Virus record (IMG/VR): IMGVR_UViG_3300042992_000089
Reading direction: 5' to 3' (one strand)
Source: a virus
Lineage: Duplodnaviria > Heunggongvirae > Uroviricota > Caudoviricetes
Length of the DNA: 64,000 nucleotides
Positions 38,693 through 47,501 of the stretch are shown here, piece by piece. Numbering within the stretch: the first letter of the stretch is position 1; every line of letters begins with the position of its first letter. The translations under genes were made by a program, and so were the position numbers. The notes below the pieces were generated by a model that saw only the letters and a program-made list of their open reading frames with translations, had not been told where the DNA came from and did no database searches.

Positions 38693-39454
38693 TTAAAATA
38701 TTGATAATTGATTAAATGTTGCTTCTTGAGCTTCCCATGGTGCTGTTGCAATCTCTGAGTATTCATTAAAGAACTTATGTGCTTTGATGTGACTCTCCAT
38801 CCATTGAGCTGGATGTGTTTCTTTCATAGCAAATGTTGTATAGTTGTACAACTCCCATAAGCTATCTTTAGCACCATAATCATGTGTAGGAGCTTTTAAC
38901 TCTCTACTGATGATGTTTAACTGTGTAGATGTAATGAACTGCTCTTCTAGCATCATTCTACCAACTAACTCAGCTTTGGTACGCTTGGTGATTTCTATTT
39001 GCTTCATAGACTCTCTTTGCTTTTGCATAATTGTAAATGCTTCACCTGCTTGTGCAATATATTCTACAATAGCACCTGGTGTAAATGATTGAATCTCACC
39101 TACATGCTTTCTTTTAAACGCACCAAAGTCACCTGATACACAACCATTAGAACAAACTAATATACGTGTACCAATAGCAAACTTTAATGTAAGCTGTTTG
39201 TTGTAGCTATTCTGCCAGCCAATCTGTAATTGCATCTCGCTGTCTGCTACATTGCTGATAGAGAATCTACCATTAGCAACCTGACCATCCACTGCAGAAG
39301 AATAAGTTTCTTTGTCTAACTTGAATCCTGCTTTCTCAATACTGTTTAATGTAAGATCAATCAATTGTGAATGACTCACTGGTTTATATGTACGTGTTTG
39401 TACAGGAACTGGTGTATTCATTATCAGTTCCTTTGTGGTGTTAAATGTATCCAT
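38693..39454 (-). CDS. Hypothetical protein (DUF932-like phage/plasmid replication-associated protein, weak)
   Basis: ORF immediately downstream of the primase-like gene. Confidence 0.4.
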   Translation of the reverse strand: MDTFNTTKELIMNTPVPVQTRTYKPVSHSQLIDLTLNSIEKAGFKLDKETYSSAVDGQVANGRFSISNVADSEMQLQIGWQNSYNKQLTLKFAIGTRILVCSNGCVSGDFGAFKRKHVGEIQSFTPGAIVEYIAQAGEAFTIMQKQRESMKQIEITKRTKAELVGRMMLEEQFITSTQLNIISRELKAPTHDYGAKDSLWELYNYTTFAMKETHPAQWMESHIKAHKFFNEYSEIATAPWEAQEATFNQLSIF

Positions 39455-40458
39455 TATAACAGGTTTTTACTTTTTAAATATGTTTCTATTGCTTGTAATC
39501 CATGGGCTTTTGCAAGGTCAGCCCAATCTTTAATCCCTTCTGCTAGATACTGACGTGGGACGTTAGTATATTCAAAGTCAAACATCTTTGTAATCTGTAC
39601 AGAATTCTGTACACCTACGTCATCTGCATCAAAAGATAGGATTTGTCTGTCAGAGTTAGCTTTTAGATATTCTACATTCTCATGTGAGAAACATCCAAGA
39701 CCTTCGTTCTGGACAGCACAGCTGCAGGGGAATAACTTCTTCATCACCATATAGTCTTTCTTACTCTTGTTGATGAATGCTACGCTGCAGTTCTTTATGT
39801 TCTCTTTACCATCCATTGCTGTGATAGGTACATTGTTAGGCATCCATTTGTGTTTCTTATCTGCAAATGGTCTATATATCTTCCAATACTGTCCCTCATA
39901 GAGATAGCCAAACCTGAGTTCGTTCTCTCCTAGTGGAAATCTTTGCCTATTAAGATATAGTTCTTTGATAGAATAGATATTGTTATCTCTAAGGTCTTGT
40001 ATGTCCTGGTGATACTGGGCCCAATAGTCTAGCTCATCTTGTGTAAACTTTCTAGTCTTTACTTGGATGAGAGAGTATCTCTTCTCTATCTCAGGTTGTT
40101 TATACTCAGATATAATCTTCTTATATTCTCCTGTCATCACACCTGTAGAGAAACCAAGACCAAAGTCTCTATCTATCATCTTCAAAGTATCACTGACGCT
40201 AGGAAGATTATGTAGCATTTGTACAAAGTTGAAACAATCACCACGTTTACTAGTGTCTGTATAGTCTATAAACATAAGATAGCCCAACTTGTTACCAATC
40301 ATGAATGATGGATTGTTCTCATGTCTGAATGGAGAATAGGTCACCCTATTAATCTTCCAGTCTTGGTGAGGCATATAATATCTAAATATATCATACTCTG
40401 ATATCCTGCTTAGAATAGCATCTATGGATATCTTTACTTTTCTTTCTCCACTAATCAT
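39454..40458 (-). CDS. Primase-like protein with a degenerate DnaG-type zinc-ribbon motif
   Basis: YSPFRHENNPSFMI corresponds to DnaG CPFHxExTPSFxV, but Cys and His are replaced. It sits upstream of the helicase cluster. Confidence 0.35.
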   Translation of the reverse strand: MISGERKVKISIDAILSRISEYDIFRYYMPHQDWKINRVTYSPFRHENNPSFMIGNKLGYLMFIDYTDTSKRGDCFNFVQMLHNLPSVSDTLKMIDRDFGLGFSTGVMTGEYKKIISEYKQPEIEKRYSLIQVKTRKFTQDELDYWAQYHQDIQDLRDNNIYSIKELYLNRQRFPLGENELRFGYLYEGQYWKIYRPFADKKHKWMPNNVPITAMDGKENIKNCSVAFINKSKKDYMVMKKLFPCSCAVQNEGLGCFSHENVEYLKANSDRQILSFDADDVGVQNSVQITKMFDFEYTNVPRQYLAEGIKDWADLAKAHGLQAIETYLKSKNLL

Positions 40459-40472
40459 AATGTAAGGTTAAT

Positions 40473-40497
40473 GAAAAGGCCCCACAAGTGTGAGGCC
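40473..40497 (-). terminator. Candidate terminator (minus strand)
   Basis: On the minus strand, GGCCTCACACTTGTGGGGCC is followed by TTTTCATT. It lies downstream of the 291-aa gene. Confidence 0.35.
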
Positions 40498-40519
40498 AAT
40501 TCTTATTTAGAGGGGCACA

Positions 40520-41395
40520 CTAAAAGTCAGAATCATCATCTGCAATCACCTTGTCAGATGCTACTAAATTGTCTCCAGAACTATATTCTTTCAACTCTTT
40601 AAATGTGAAATAGTCTTTACAACCATACTCACCTACTACGTTCAATACAAAACGCTCGTGAGGTTTTAAGTCTTTAGAAGACTTCTGACGTAAAGCACTA
40701 ACTGAGTCAGCTCTATTATAGTCTACCAATCTGAAAGCTTTGATGCTATATGGAGGTAAGAATGCTTTGTTATATACATTCTGATACTCTTTTACACCAT
40801 CTTCTGTTTCTTTACTACTGATAGTCGCTAAAGCTACAACGTTGTTAGCCCATTCACCAATTATTTGTTCTTTAAGTTCTTTAACATTACCCTTAATTAG
40901 TTTGTTAAACTCTAATTGTAATGTAGATTTCTTACTACTGAAGTCAATGTTACTTAACCAAGAGCGTAAGAAGTTATATAAATCTTCTTCACCAACAAAT
41001 GCTACACGATTCTCTCTTTCTTTGAACCATGTTGGTAAGTTGTTTGGACTATCTGCCCAAGTACAACGTCCTACATTATTGATGTATTGTTTCTTTGTTC
41101 CATCTTTATTCTCTTTCTCTTTGTTCTCAATAAAGAAAGTCAATTTGTATTTCTCTTCTGTCTTAACTTCTGCTAACCAAAAGTCAATACGCAATCTAGC
41201 ATTGCCATCTTTGCTTGTACCTAAGTAGTCAGTAGCTTTGCTTTCTTCTTTTAGCTCTCTGCCTAAGACATCAGCATACTCTTCTCTTGTTGGGTTTACT
41301 GCAATCACTTTTGCTTCAAATAGACCAACCTTTTTAGGAAAGTCTTTTTCTTCAAATACTGGGTTTTCTCTTTTTTCTCCTCCAATGTTACTCAT
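40520..41395 (-). CDS. Hypothetical protein (possible ssDNA-binding partner of the adjacent ATPase)
   Basis: This is an ORF adjacent to the Sak4-like ATPase. Position alone is my basis for the SSB suggestion. Confidence 0.35.
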   Translation of the reverse strand: MSNIGGEKRENPVFEEKDFPKKVGLFEAKVIAVNPTREEYADVLGRELKEESKATDYLGTSKDGNARLRIDFWLAEVKTEEKYKLTFFIENKEKENKDGTKKQYINNVGRCTWADSPNNLPTWFKERENRVAFVGEEDLYNFLRSWLSNIDFSSKKSTLQLEFNKLIKGNVKELKEQIIGEWANNVVALATISSKETEDGVKEYQNVYNKAFLPPYSIKAFRLVDYNRADSVSALRQKSSKDLKPHERFVLNVVGEYGCKDYFTFKELKEYSSGDNLVASDKVIADDDSDF

Positions 41396-41416
41396 TTTTT
41401 CTGATTTTAATGTTTA

Positions 41417-42088
41417 TTAATTGTAATATTCGTCAATTGAATCGACTACTTGTTGTAAGTTATTAGGTATCTTGATATCTGCAAACATTCCATCAGGACT
41501 CTTTGCTGGATACTTCTTAAATCTATTAGTTACAAAATTATATGTGGCTGAGCCATCTTTGCTCTCTTCCACGTGTGTGTATAAACACACTGTAAGTAAA
41601 CCTTCTAACACAATTTGGTTATCAATTAACTTACCTGCTGTTTTGATTTTGTATCCTACAATCTCACCACCATCTTCAATAGTTTCAGGGTGTGTAAAAT
41701 AGAACACTTTTAAATCATCACGTAATCTTCTAGCTTCTCTAAATAGTTCCACCATATCTTTAGCCATAATGGTAAACTTGGTGAATCCTACTTCTGTAGC
41801 TCTTGCCAACATATTGAATCCCATAATGTAATTAGAGTCTTCAATAATGATGTTCTTGATGTGTGGTGCTTTCTCTGAGATGGTCTTTAACAGACGTGTA
41901 ATCTCATTTGCATCATCCACTTCTTTGTAGTTTTTACTCTCTGAATTGTACAACTTCTCTGCTCCTTTGAAAGGTAATTCTTTCTTAGCAACATTGATGA
42001 TGTAAGTCTCTTTGGGATCTAAATGTTTCACTGATGTTGACTTGCCAGTGCCTGTAGCACCAACAATTCCAATTAATTTGCTTGCCAT
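41417..42088 (-). CDS. P-loop ATPase, Sak4/AAA_24-like (recombination or replication mediator)
   Basis: The N-terminal Walker A is GIVGATGTGKST, NIIIEDSNY is Walker B-like, and the size (223 aa) is typical of phage Sak4. Confidence 0.5.
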   Translation of the reverse strand: MASKLIGIVGATGTGKSTSVKHLDPKETYIINVAKKELPFKGAEKLYNSESKNYKEVDDANEITRLLKTISEKAPHIKNIIIEDSNYIMGFNMLARATEVGFTKFTIMAKDMVELFREARRLRDDLKVFYFTHPETIEDGGEIVGYKIKTAGKLIDNQIVLEGLLTVCLYTHVEESKDGSATYNFVTNRFKKYPAKSPDGMFADIKIPNNLQQVVDSIDEYYN

Positions 42089-42092
42089 GTTT

Positions 42093-42305
42093 TTACTGAT
42101 TTGTTTCCTCCAAAGGTAACGTAATTTCTTGAGATTTCAAAATATTTTTTTGATGTTTTAACAAATCTGGATTAGCAACAATCTCATTATAAAACGTCTC
42201 TGCAGACTCTCTGTGGGCAAACCATTTGATTGTATAATCATCTGCTTTCACTGCATACATTGTGCCATTTCCTGGATTGATTTCTTCTATTAACTCTAGT
42301 TTCAT
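42093..42305 (-). CDS. Hypothetical small protein
   Basis: This ORF shares its MKLELI N-terminus with the ORF at 52223. Confidence 0.4.
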   Translation of the reverse strand: MKLELIEEINPGNGTMYAVKADDYTIKWFAHRESAETFYNEIVANPDLLKHQKNILKSQEITLPLEETNQ

Positions 42306-43399
42306 AAATATGTTATTTTTTTACTGTCAAAAAACTCTAATGCTTTTCTAAGCCATTTCTTCTCTACATCTTCTGTAGAACAGATGATGTAAATGTGTGC
42401 CTTTTTATCAGGTGTGTTATACTCCATAGCCATGCATCTGTTAATCTTTTGTGCAAGATTCTCAGCGTTGCTATCAAAGTAGTTGATTATCACTCTATTA
42501 AGAGGCTTATATGTAACTCCTGTATTACCTATCTTTACAACAGCCAGGTGATTACCTTTACCAGATGCAAAGTCTTCAAACACTTGTTTGTCACCTGCTT
42601 TGCTATGATATACAGGAATGCCTAATGCATCTGCAATCTTTGTGACACCACAGAATACTAGAATACGCTCGTCTTTATGTTTTGCTAGAAGTTCTTTAGT
42701 CTTGTTAAGTTTTGCAAGACTGTTCTGAACAATTCTCATCCTAGCAAGACGTAAAAACATTGTACTCTTTCTCTGTTTCTCCATCTGATCTATAACCCAA
42801 CCATAAGCATCAAATTGCTTCTTTTCAGTTTTCCATTTGCCTTTATAGTTGTTGTCCACTTTGTTATCTAATGCTACAGAAATCACTTTGATCTCGTAGT
42901 CTGTAATAACACCTTCTTTAATTGCTTGTTCTATGGGATATGTAGCTAAAACTGGTAGCTTTAACTCTAGTCCTAATGTTTCTTCTGTATTTGATGTTAA
43001 AGTTCCTGTAAGACCTAACACTCTTTTGCAACATAATTCCTTTACAGCCTCTATTTGTGCTTCTGAGAGTAAATGTATCTCATCAAGTACAACTAGGTCA
43101 TAAAAGCATTCTGTGTGCTTTTTAATAGATAAATGTGTAGTATAAGTTATATTACTATTCTTATACTTTCTAGTTAAGAAGTCTTGTTCCCATGCTGATT
43201 TAATCTTTAGATCAGGGTAGGCGATCAATATACTAATATCCTTGGGTAATTGCTCCAATATATTGATAGTTGTATATATTTTTCCAAACCTAGGACATAG
43301 ATTAAGAATACCAGACTCTTCATGATCTAAAAATATCTTAGCAAACTGTTGCTGCCTCTTATCTCGTAATGTAAGGGTGTGGGGCTTTTGGTTTGCCAT
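42302..43399 (-). CDS. SF2 DEAD/DExH-box helicase
   Basis: LCPRFGKIYT is motif I (a variant Walker A), LVVLDEIHLL is the DEIH box, and LTGTLTSN is a motif III-like element. Confidence 0.65.
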   Translation of the reverse strand: MANQKPHTLTLRDKRQQQFAKIFLDHEESGILNLCPRFGKIYTTINILEQLPKDISILIAYPDLKIKSAWEQDFLTRKYKNSNITYTTHLSIKKHTECFYDLVVLDEIHLLSEAQIEAVKELCCKRVLGLTGTLTSNTEETLGLELKLPVLATYPIEQAIKEGVITDYEIKVISVALDNKVDNNYKGKWKTEKKQFDAYGWVIDQMEKQRKSTMFLRLARMRIVQNSLAKLNKTKELLAKHKDERILVFCGVTKIADALGIPVYHSKAGDKQVFEDFASGKGNHLAVVKIGNTGVTYKPLNRVIINYFDSNAENLAQKINRCMAMEYNTPDKKAHIYIICSTEDVEKKWLRKALEFFDSKKITYL

Positions 43400-43568
43400 A
43401 GCTTATAATTGTTGTAAATGACCAAAATAAATACTCAGCATTCACAGCTACGTATGGGTCATGTTTTTGTATGTTGTTCATCAAACTGACTGTAGGGAAC
43501 AACACCACTTGCCACCAATGGCTCTTTTTAGTGGGTAATGTATTATACATTTTGAAGTTTAATTTCAT
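43359..43568 (-). CDS. Hypothetical small protein
   Basis: ORF overlapping the helicase start. Confidence 0.3.
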   Translation of the reverse strand: MKLNFKMYNTLPTKKSHWWQVVLFPTVSLMNNIQKHDPYVAVNAEYLFWSFTTIISYGKPKAPHPYITR

Positions 43569-43569
43569 G

Positions 43570-44631
43570 TTACTTGTTTAAAAAGAAAGTTTTATTAATA
43601 ATCTCATTGTATACGTTTTCATTCATATACTTTACTTTTGGTAGCTCTTTGAACATACCAATCTGACCTAGGAAACCTAGACCAATTCTTACATCATCCT
43701 CACCATATGAATTCTTAATGAGTCTTAATGATCTAAAGTACTTTGCACCATACTCATCTCTAAGTTTGTTCAGGTCATATCCTGATGGGTCTTGTACTTT
43801 ATATCTCATAGGGTCAAACAATGCTAGGACAACGTCAGCATCGTTCTGGGTTTGTGAACTGTCAGCAAAGTCTTCCAACTGTGGTTCTACATCACCATTC
43901 TTTAGTCTCATTGGACTAGAAATGTCTCTGTTGAACTGACTGACAATCACAGGACTATAACCATACATATCTCTAGCATATCTAAGCTCATCTGACATTT
44001 TATCTATCAGTTGCTTCTTAGTAGGATAGTCTTTTGTTGGTTTCAATAAACCTATATGATCAATAACAACAATAGTTAGTTCACTCTCATTATTAGGAAT
44101 GTATCTTTTGTTATACTGATCTACATCTTCTATTACACCATTTTGTAATGCATGTTCTTTTAGATGTTTAGATATGCCTATTGGGTTATCTGGTCCATCA
44201 ATGATTGTAATGACATCTTTCATGTTCTCTAAGTAATCTTCATACATCAAGAATAGATCGTGCTCATCACTCGTCATCTTCTCTGTCCAACCTAATAGCT
44301 TTGGCACAGGAATAATTACTCCTTGGTCTAGAAATATCTTTCTACTGACCCACTTGGCATACTTGTACGTTCTACTACGCTCCATTGAGCGATATATGAT
44401 GCGTAACTTCAGTTCTGGAGGTTTGTTATCAATGTACCAATCAAATGGATTTAAAACATAAGCGTCATCAATGAAGCTAGTTTTACCTGATCCAGTGAGA
44501 CCACCCACAAGTGTGTACATAGACTTCCTAATGCCAATGTATCTGTTCAATCTATCAAAGCCCATAGGTATACCATTGTTTCTACCATCTAGGCCAGCTT
44601 GAACTTCTCGTTTTAAATCTTCAAAACTCAT
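43570..44631 (-). CDS. dnaB: DnaB-like replicative helicase (RecA-fold C-terminal domain)
   Basis: LVGGLTGSGKTSF is the Walker A motif, VVIDHIGLL is Walker B, and the layout is DnaB/T7 gp4-like. Confidence 0.75.
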   Translation of the reverse strand: MSFEDLKREVQAGLDGRNNGIPMGFDRLNRYIGIRKSMYTLVGGLTGSGKTSFIDDAYVLNPFDWYIDNKPPELKLRIIYRSMERSRTYKYAKWVSRKIFLDQGVIIPVPKLLGWTEKMTSDEHDLFLMYEDYLENMKDVITIIDGPDNPIGISKHLKEHALQNGVIEDVDQYNKRYIPNNESELTIVVIDHIGLLKPTKDYPTKKQLIDKMSDELRYARDMYGYSPVIVSQFNRDISSPMRLKNGDVEPQLEDFADSSQTQNDADVVLALFDPMRYKVQDPSGYDLNKLRDEYGAKYFRSLRLIKNSYGEDDVRIGLGFLGQIGMFKELPKVKYMNENVYNEIINKTFFLNK

Positions 44632-45254
44632 ATGTCCATTCCTTTAATTGGTTCGTCAGCCTCTTTAATTACCACACCCTGATTGATAAGCTCTATATAG
44701 TTTTGAAATGAGCGTTGATTCAAATAAGTAAGACTGCCTTGCATGTAACTTAATCTATTTGTACCTGTCTTGAAAGAATTCTCTTTCTTTTGCGTCACTT
44801 CATATTCTAATGCTGCTATGAGCTGATCAACTGTGTATTCTCCTTCAGCAAGGATAGCATCTAGTTTTAGTTGGCAGTCATCTTTGTAAACACGCAGTGT
44901 TCTACCACCTGAGAAGCTTTTACCTTTATGTGTAAAGATATCAGTTCCTGGATATGCAGCCCACCATCTCTCAAACTCAGCAAAGGTTTGTGTTTTCTTT
45001 ACAATCTTACTAGTCTTAGCACGTGTGTTCATGAATTCCAATAGATTCCTACCAAGGACTGTAATCTTAAATTGCTCAGACACTAATCCTTTTCTACGCA
45101 ATGTCTGACATAGCATATCTGTCTTTGCTCCTCCTTCAGCTAATGTCTTGATGTCAAATTCTTCATCTATCAGCTTGAGAAGAAATACCATGTCTAATGT
45201 ATATCCATCTTTGAGTAGTTGCTCAAAATGGTAAGGGGTTACTTTGATGTTCAT
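44628..45254 (-). CDS. Hypothetical protein
   Basis: ORF. Confidence 0.45.
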   Translation of the reverse strand: MNIKVTPYHFEQLLKDGYTLDMVFLLKLIDEEFDIKTLAEGGAKTDMLCQTLRRKGLVSEQFKITVLGRNLLEFMNTRAKTSKIVKKTQTFAEFERWWAAYPGTDIFTHKGKSFSGGRTLRVYKDDCQLKLDAILAEGEYTVDQLIAALEYEVTQKKENSFKTGTNRLSYMQGSLTYLNQRSFQNYIELINQGVVIKEADEPIKGMDI

Positions 45255-45468
45255 GTTCTCTGTTTAGTATTTTGTCTTTATCAATTACTACTATCTGAGC
45301 AGGCAGTTTTATTCTTCTAAACTCCTCTTCAAGTATCTGTTGTGTCTCTTGCAAATATACTAAATCTTTGAGAGATTCTCTCTCCCAATCTTCATTAATT
45401 TGTAGATTTTTCATCTTTTTTATATTGTGCGTTGTTCCAAAAGAATGGACATGCCACTGTAATAACAC
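45223..45468 (-). CDS. Hypothetical small protein
   Basis: ORF. Confidence 0.3.
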   Translation of the reverse strand: MLLQWHVHSFGTTHNIKKMKNLQINEDWERESLKDLVYLQETQQILEEEFRRIKLPAQIVVIDKDKILNREHEHQSNPLPF

Positions 45469-45622
45469 CTAGTGTTACATCATGTTCATCTAACATCATG
45501 TTCACTTTATATGGGGGATCTGAAAAATATGATTGTCCCAACTCATCAGGAATTGCTGTATATCTATGACAATTTAGTCTTAACATACAACTACCACCTT
45601 TACAACATGAAATATCTGGCAT
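45395..45622 (-). CDS. Small Cys-rich protein
   Basis: It contains CCKGGSC...C..C..ACPFFW. Confidence 0.35.
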   Translation of the reverse strand: MPDISCCKGGSCMLRLNCHRYTAIPDELGQSYFSDPPYKVNMMLDEHDVTLGVITVACPFFWNNAQYKKDEKSTN

Positions 45623-45623
45623 C

Positions 45624-45899
45624 TTATTTGTTTTTATGATTAATGTATATACGTAGTGTCTTATGTGTATCTTCTATCAAAGCTATCACTTTGGCATTCT
45701 TATCCCAATTGTAATACTTAACTACACCATCTTCTACAACTTCAATTTGTGTAACTAGTGTAGTGTTTAATATATTTTTACTAGGTAGAGGTAGTTTGTT
45801 TAGGGATATGTCCCTTGTACTCATTGGTCTGTGATAAGGATATTTTCCTGACATATGTTTAGTTTTAATTATTCTGCTGCATAACCAAAGAATATCCAC
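45624..45899 (-). CDS. Hypothetical small protein
   Basis: ORF. Confidence 0.35.
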   Translation of the reverse strand: MDILWLCSRIIKTKHMSGKYPYHRPMSTRDISLNKLPLPSKNILNTTLVTQIEVVEDGVVKYYNWDKNAKVIALIEDTHKTLRIYINHKNK

Positions 45900-46426
45900 T
45901 CACCATCTCTTTCTGTTGGTGATTTTTTGTATGTTATCTTAGCTACTAAGTTGTCACCTTTCTCTAAGAACTTCTTGATTACTATTGATGTAGTTACTTG
46001 ATACTTTTCTGTATATTTACGAGCGTCTTTTACAGCATCCCCTTTTGTATCCCATGAACCAATAACATGATCACCACGTTGAACAACATATTTAAGTACC
46101 CACTTCTTCGTACCTGGTGTAACTATGTGCTCCACTTGAGATTGAGTCTTGTTCTTATTACCTACAGGTTGTACAACACATATAGCTGAACAATCACGTT
46201 TGTTCATAGCATGACTATCAAATCTGTCACGTATGTAAGCAGATACATCATTAAACTTACTTTTCTTATATGCTTCTGTTTCATCTCTAAATCCATGGGT
46301 AGTACTAATTGTACCATTGTAGCCATCTTGATGACCATACTCAAGTTCAGCTTCTTCACAAGCTCTGTTATATGCTTCTTCTGCTGTTTTACCACCATAT
46401 CTTGCTTTAAATTGACATGCTCCCAT
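45869..46426 (-). CDS. Hypothetical protein
   Basis: ORF. Confidence 0.45.
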   Translation of the reverse strand: MGACQFKARYGGKTAEEAYNRACEEAELEYGHQDGYNGTISTTHGFRDETEAYKKSKFNDVSAYIRDRFDSHAMNKRDCSAICVVQPVGNKNKTQSQVEHIVTPGTKKWVLKYVVQRGDHVIGSWDTKGDAVKDARKYTEKYQVTTSIVIKKFLEKGDNLVAKITYKKSPTERDGEWIFFGYAAE

Positions 46427-46437
46427 AATTATTTATT

Positions 46438-46623
46438 TTATCTGCCATTCCAGGCAGGTGATGTAAATGAAATTCCTCCTTCTGTTCTATGATTGTTATT
46501 AATCTGATTGTCAGATGGTTCATCGTCTTCTTCATCTTCCCAATCGCAATGATCCCTACATTCAGGACAAATGTCTATCTCAGGCATACGAGAGTATGCC
46601 CCACAACATGTTGAATAAGCCAT
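46438..46623 (-). CDS. Small zinc-ribbon-like acidic protein
   Basis: It contains CCGAYS...CPECRDHCDWEDEEDDE. Confidence 0.4.
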   Translation of the reverse strand: MAYSTCCGAYSRMPEIDICPECRDHCDWEDEEDDEPSDNQINNNHRTEGGISFTSPAWNGR

Positions 46624-46634
46624 AAATTTTAGTT

Positions 46635-47036
46635 TTATTTTACTTCAATGTGATTCCTACCATCATTCCAATAACTTATGTCACCATACCATACAAAGAT
46701 TTCTTCGTCTGGTTGTATGAGCTTTGTAGCAACAAACTCAAATGTGTTGCGTTCTATGTTGGATCTCCAAGCAGCGTTGGCTGTGTCTGAATGATTATAG
46801 AATGAACCAAACCCACCAGCTACCACTTGTTTCTCCCATCCTGATCCACCACCCTGTGGCCAATTGAATCTGTAATCTATGACACAAGGAGAAACTTCTC
46901 CATTCTTCATACCTACATCAAAAAAGGGACACTCTTCTATGATGTCCCCTTCAAATATTACCTTGTCTGCAAATACTCCCCAGCCATGTATGCTGCTTGG
47001 AGCCATGTAGACTTTTGTTGATTGATAGATACGCAT
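46635..47036 (-). CDS. SET-domain protein (putative protein lysine methyltransferase)
   Basis: HGWGVFADKVIFEGDIIEECPF is the N-SET/GxG region, FYNHSDTANAAW matches NHSCxPN, and EEIFVWYGD matches ELxFDY. At 133 aa it is the size of minimal viral SET proteins. Confidence 0.6.
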   Translation of the reverse strand: MRIYQSTKVYMAPSSIHGWGVFADKVIFEGDIIEECPFFDVGMKNGEVSPCVIDYRFNWPQGGGSGWEKQVVAGGFGSFYNHSDTANAAWRSNIERNTFEFVATKLIQPDEEIFVWYGDISYWNDGRNHIEVK

Positions 47037-47038
47037 AA

Positions 47039-47311
47039 TTAATCTTTTATTCTCAAACCAAACTGTAAGTCAAACCATTGAAAGTTTGCCTCAGCTCTTG
47101 ATTTGTTTATTTTAAATACTTTCTTCATTAATGGAATAGCGTAAGCTTTAAACTGATCATGTTGTTCTTGTGTCATAGTCCATTTGCTATACCATTCTTT
47201 AGTCATAAATGCTTCTTGTGTAGACTTACCAATCATTCCTAATTGATAGTCTACTAAATGATCACCTATGTTCTCTCTATTTATCTTTGCCATGCTTTTT
47301 GATTTCTTCAA
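47039..47311 (-). CDS. Hypothetical protein
   Basis: ORF. Confidence 0.4.
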   Translation of the reverse strand: MKKSKSMAKINRENIGDHLVDYQLGMIGKSTQEAFMTKEWYSKWTMTQEQHDQFKAYAIPLMKKVFKINKSRAEANFQWFDLQFGLRIKD

Positions 47312-47501
47312 TTACTTCATCCCAGTATTGTGGATCATTATCTAGTCCAGAACCCATCCACATATCTTTGGCTTTTGTATCCATTATTTCATGTGCTGTT
47401 AGCGATGCACAGTCTGCTGCTTTATATATATCTCCAACTATGGATAAATGATTGAGTACGAGATATGCTGCTTTTACTTTTGCTTCCATTGTGTGTCTCA
47501 T
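47277..47501 (-). CDS. Hypothetical protein
   Basis: ORF. Confidence 0.4.
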   Translation of the reverse strand: MRHTMEAKVKAAYLVLNHLSIVGDIYKAADCASLTAHEIMDTKAKDMWMGSGLDNDPQYWDEVIEEIKKHGKDK

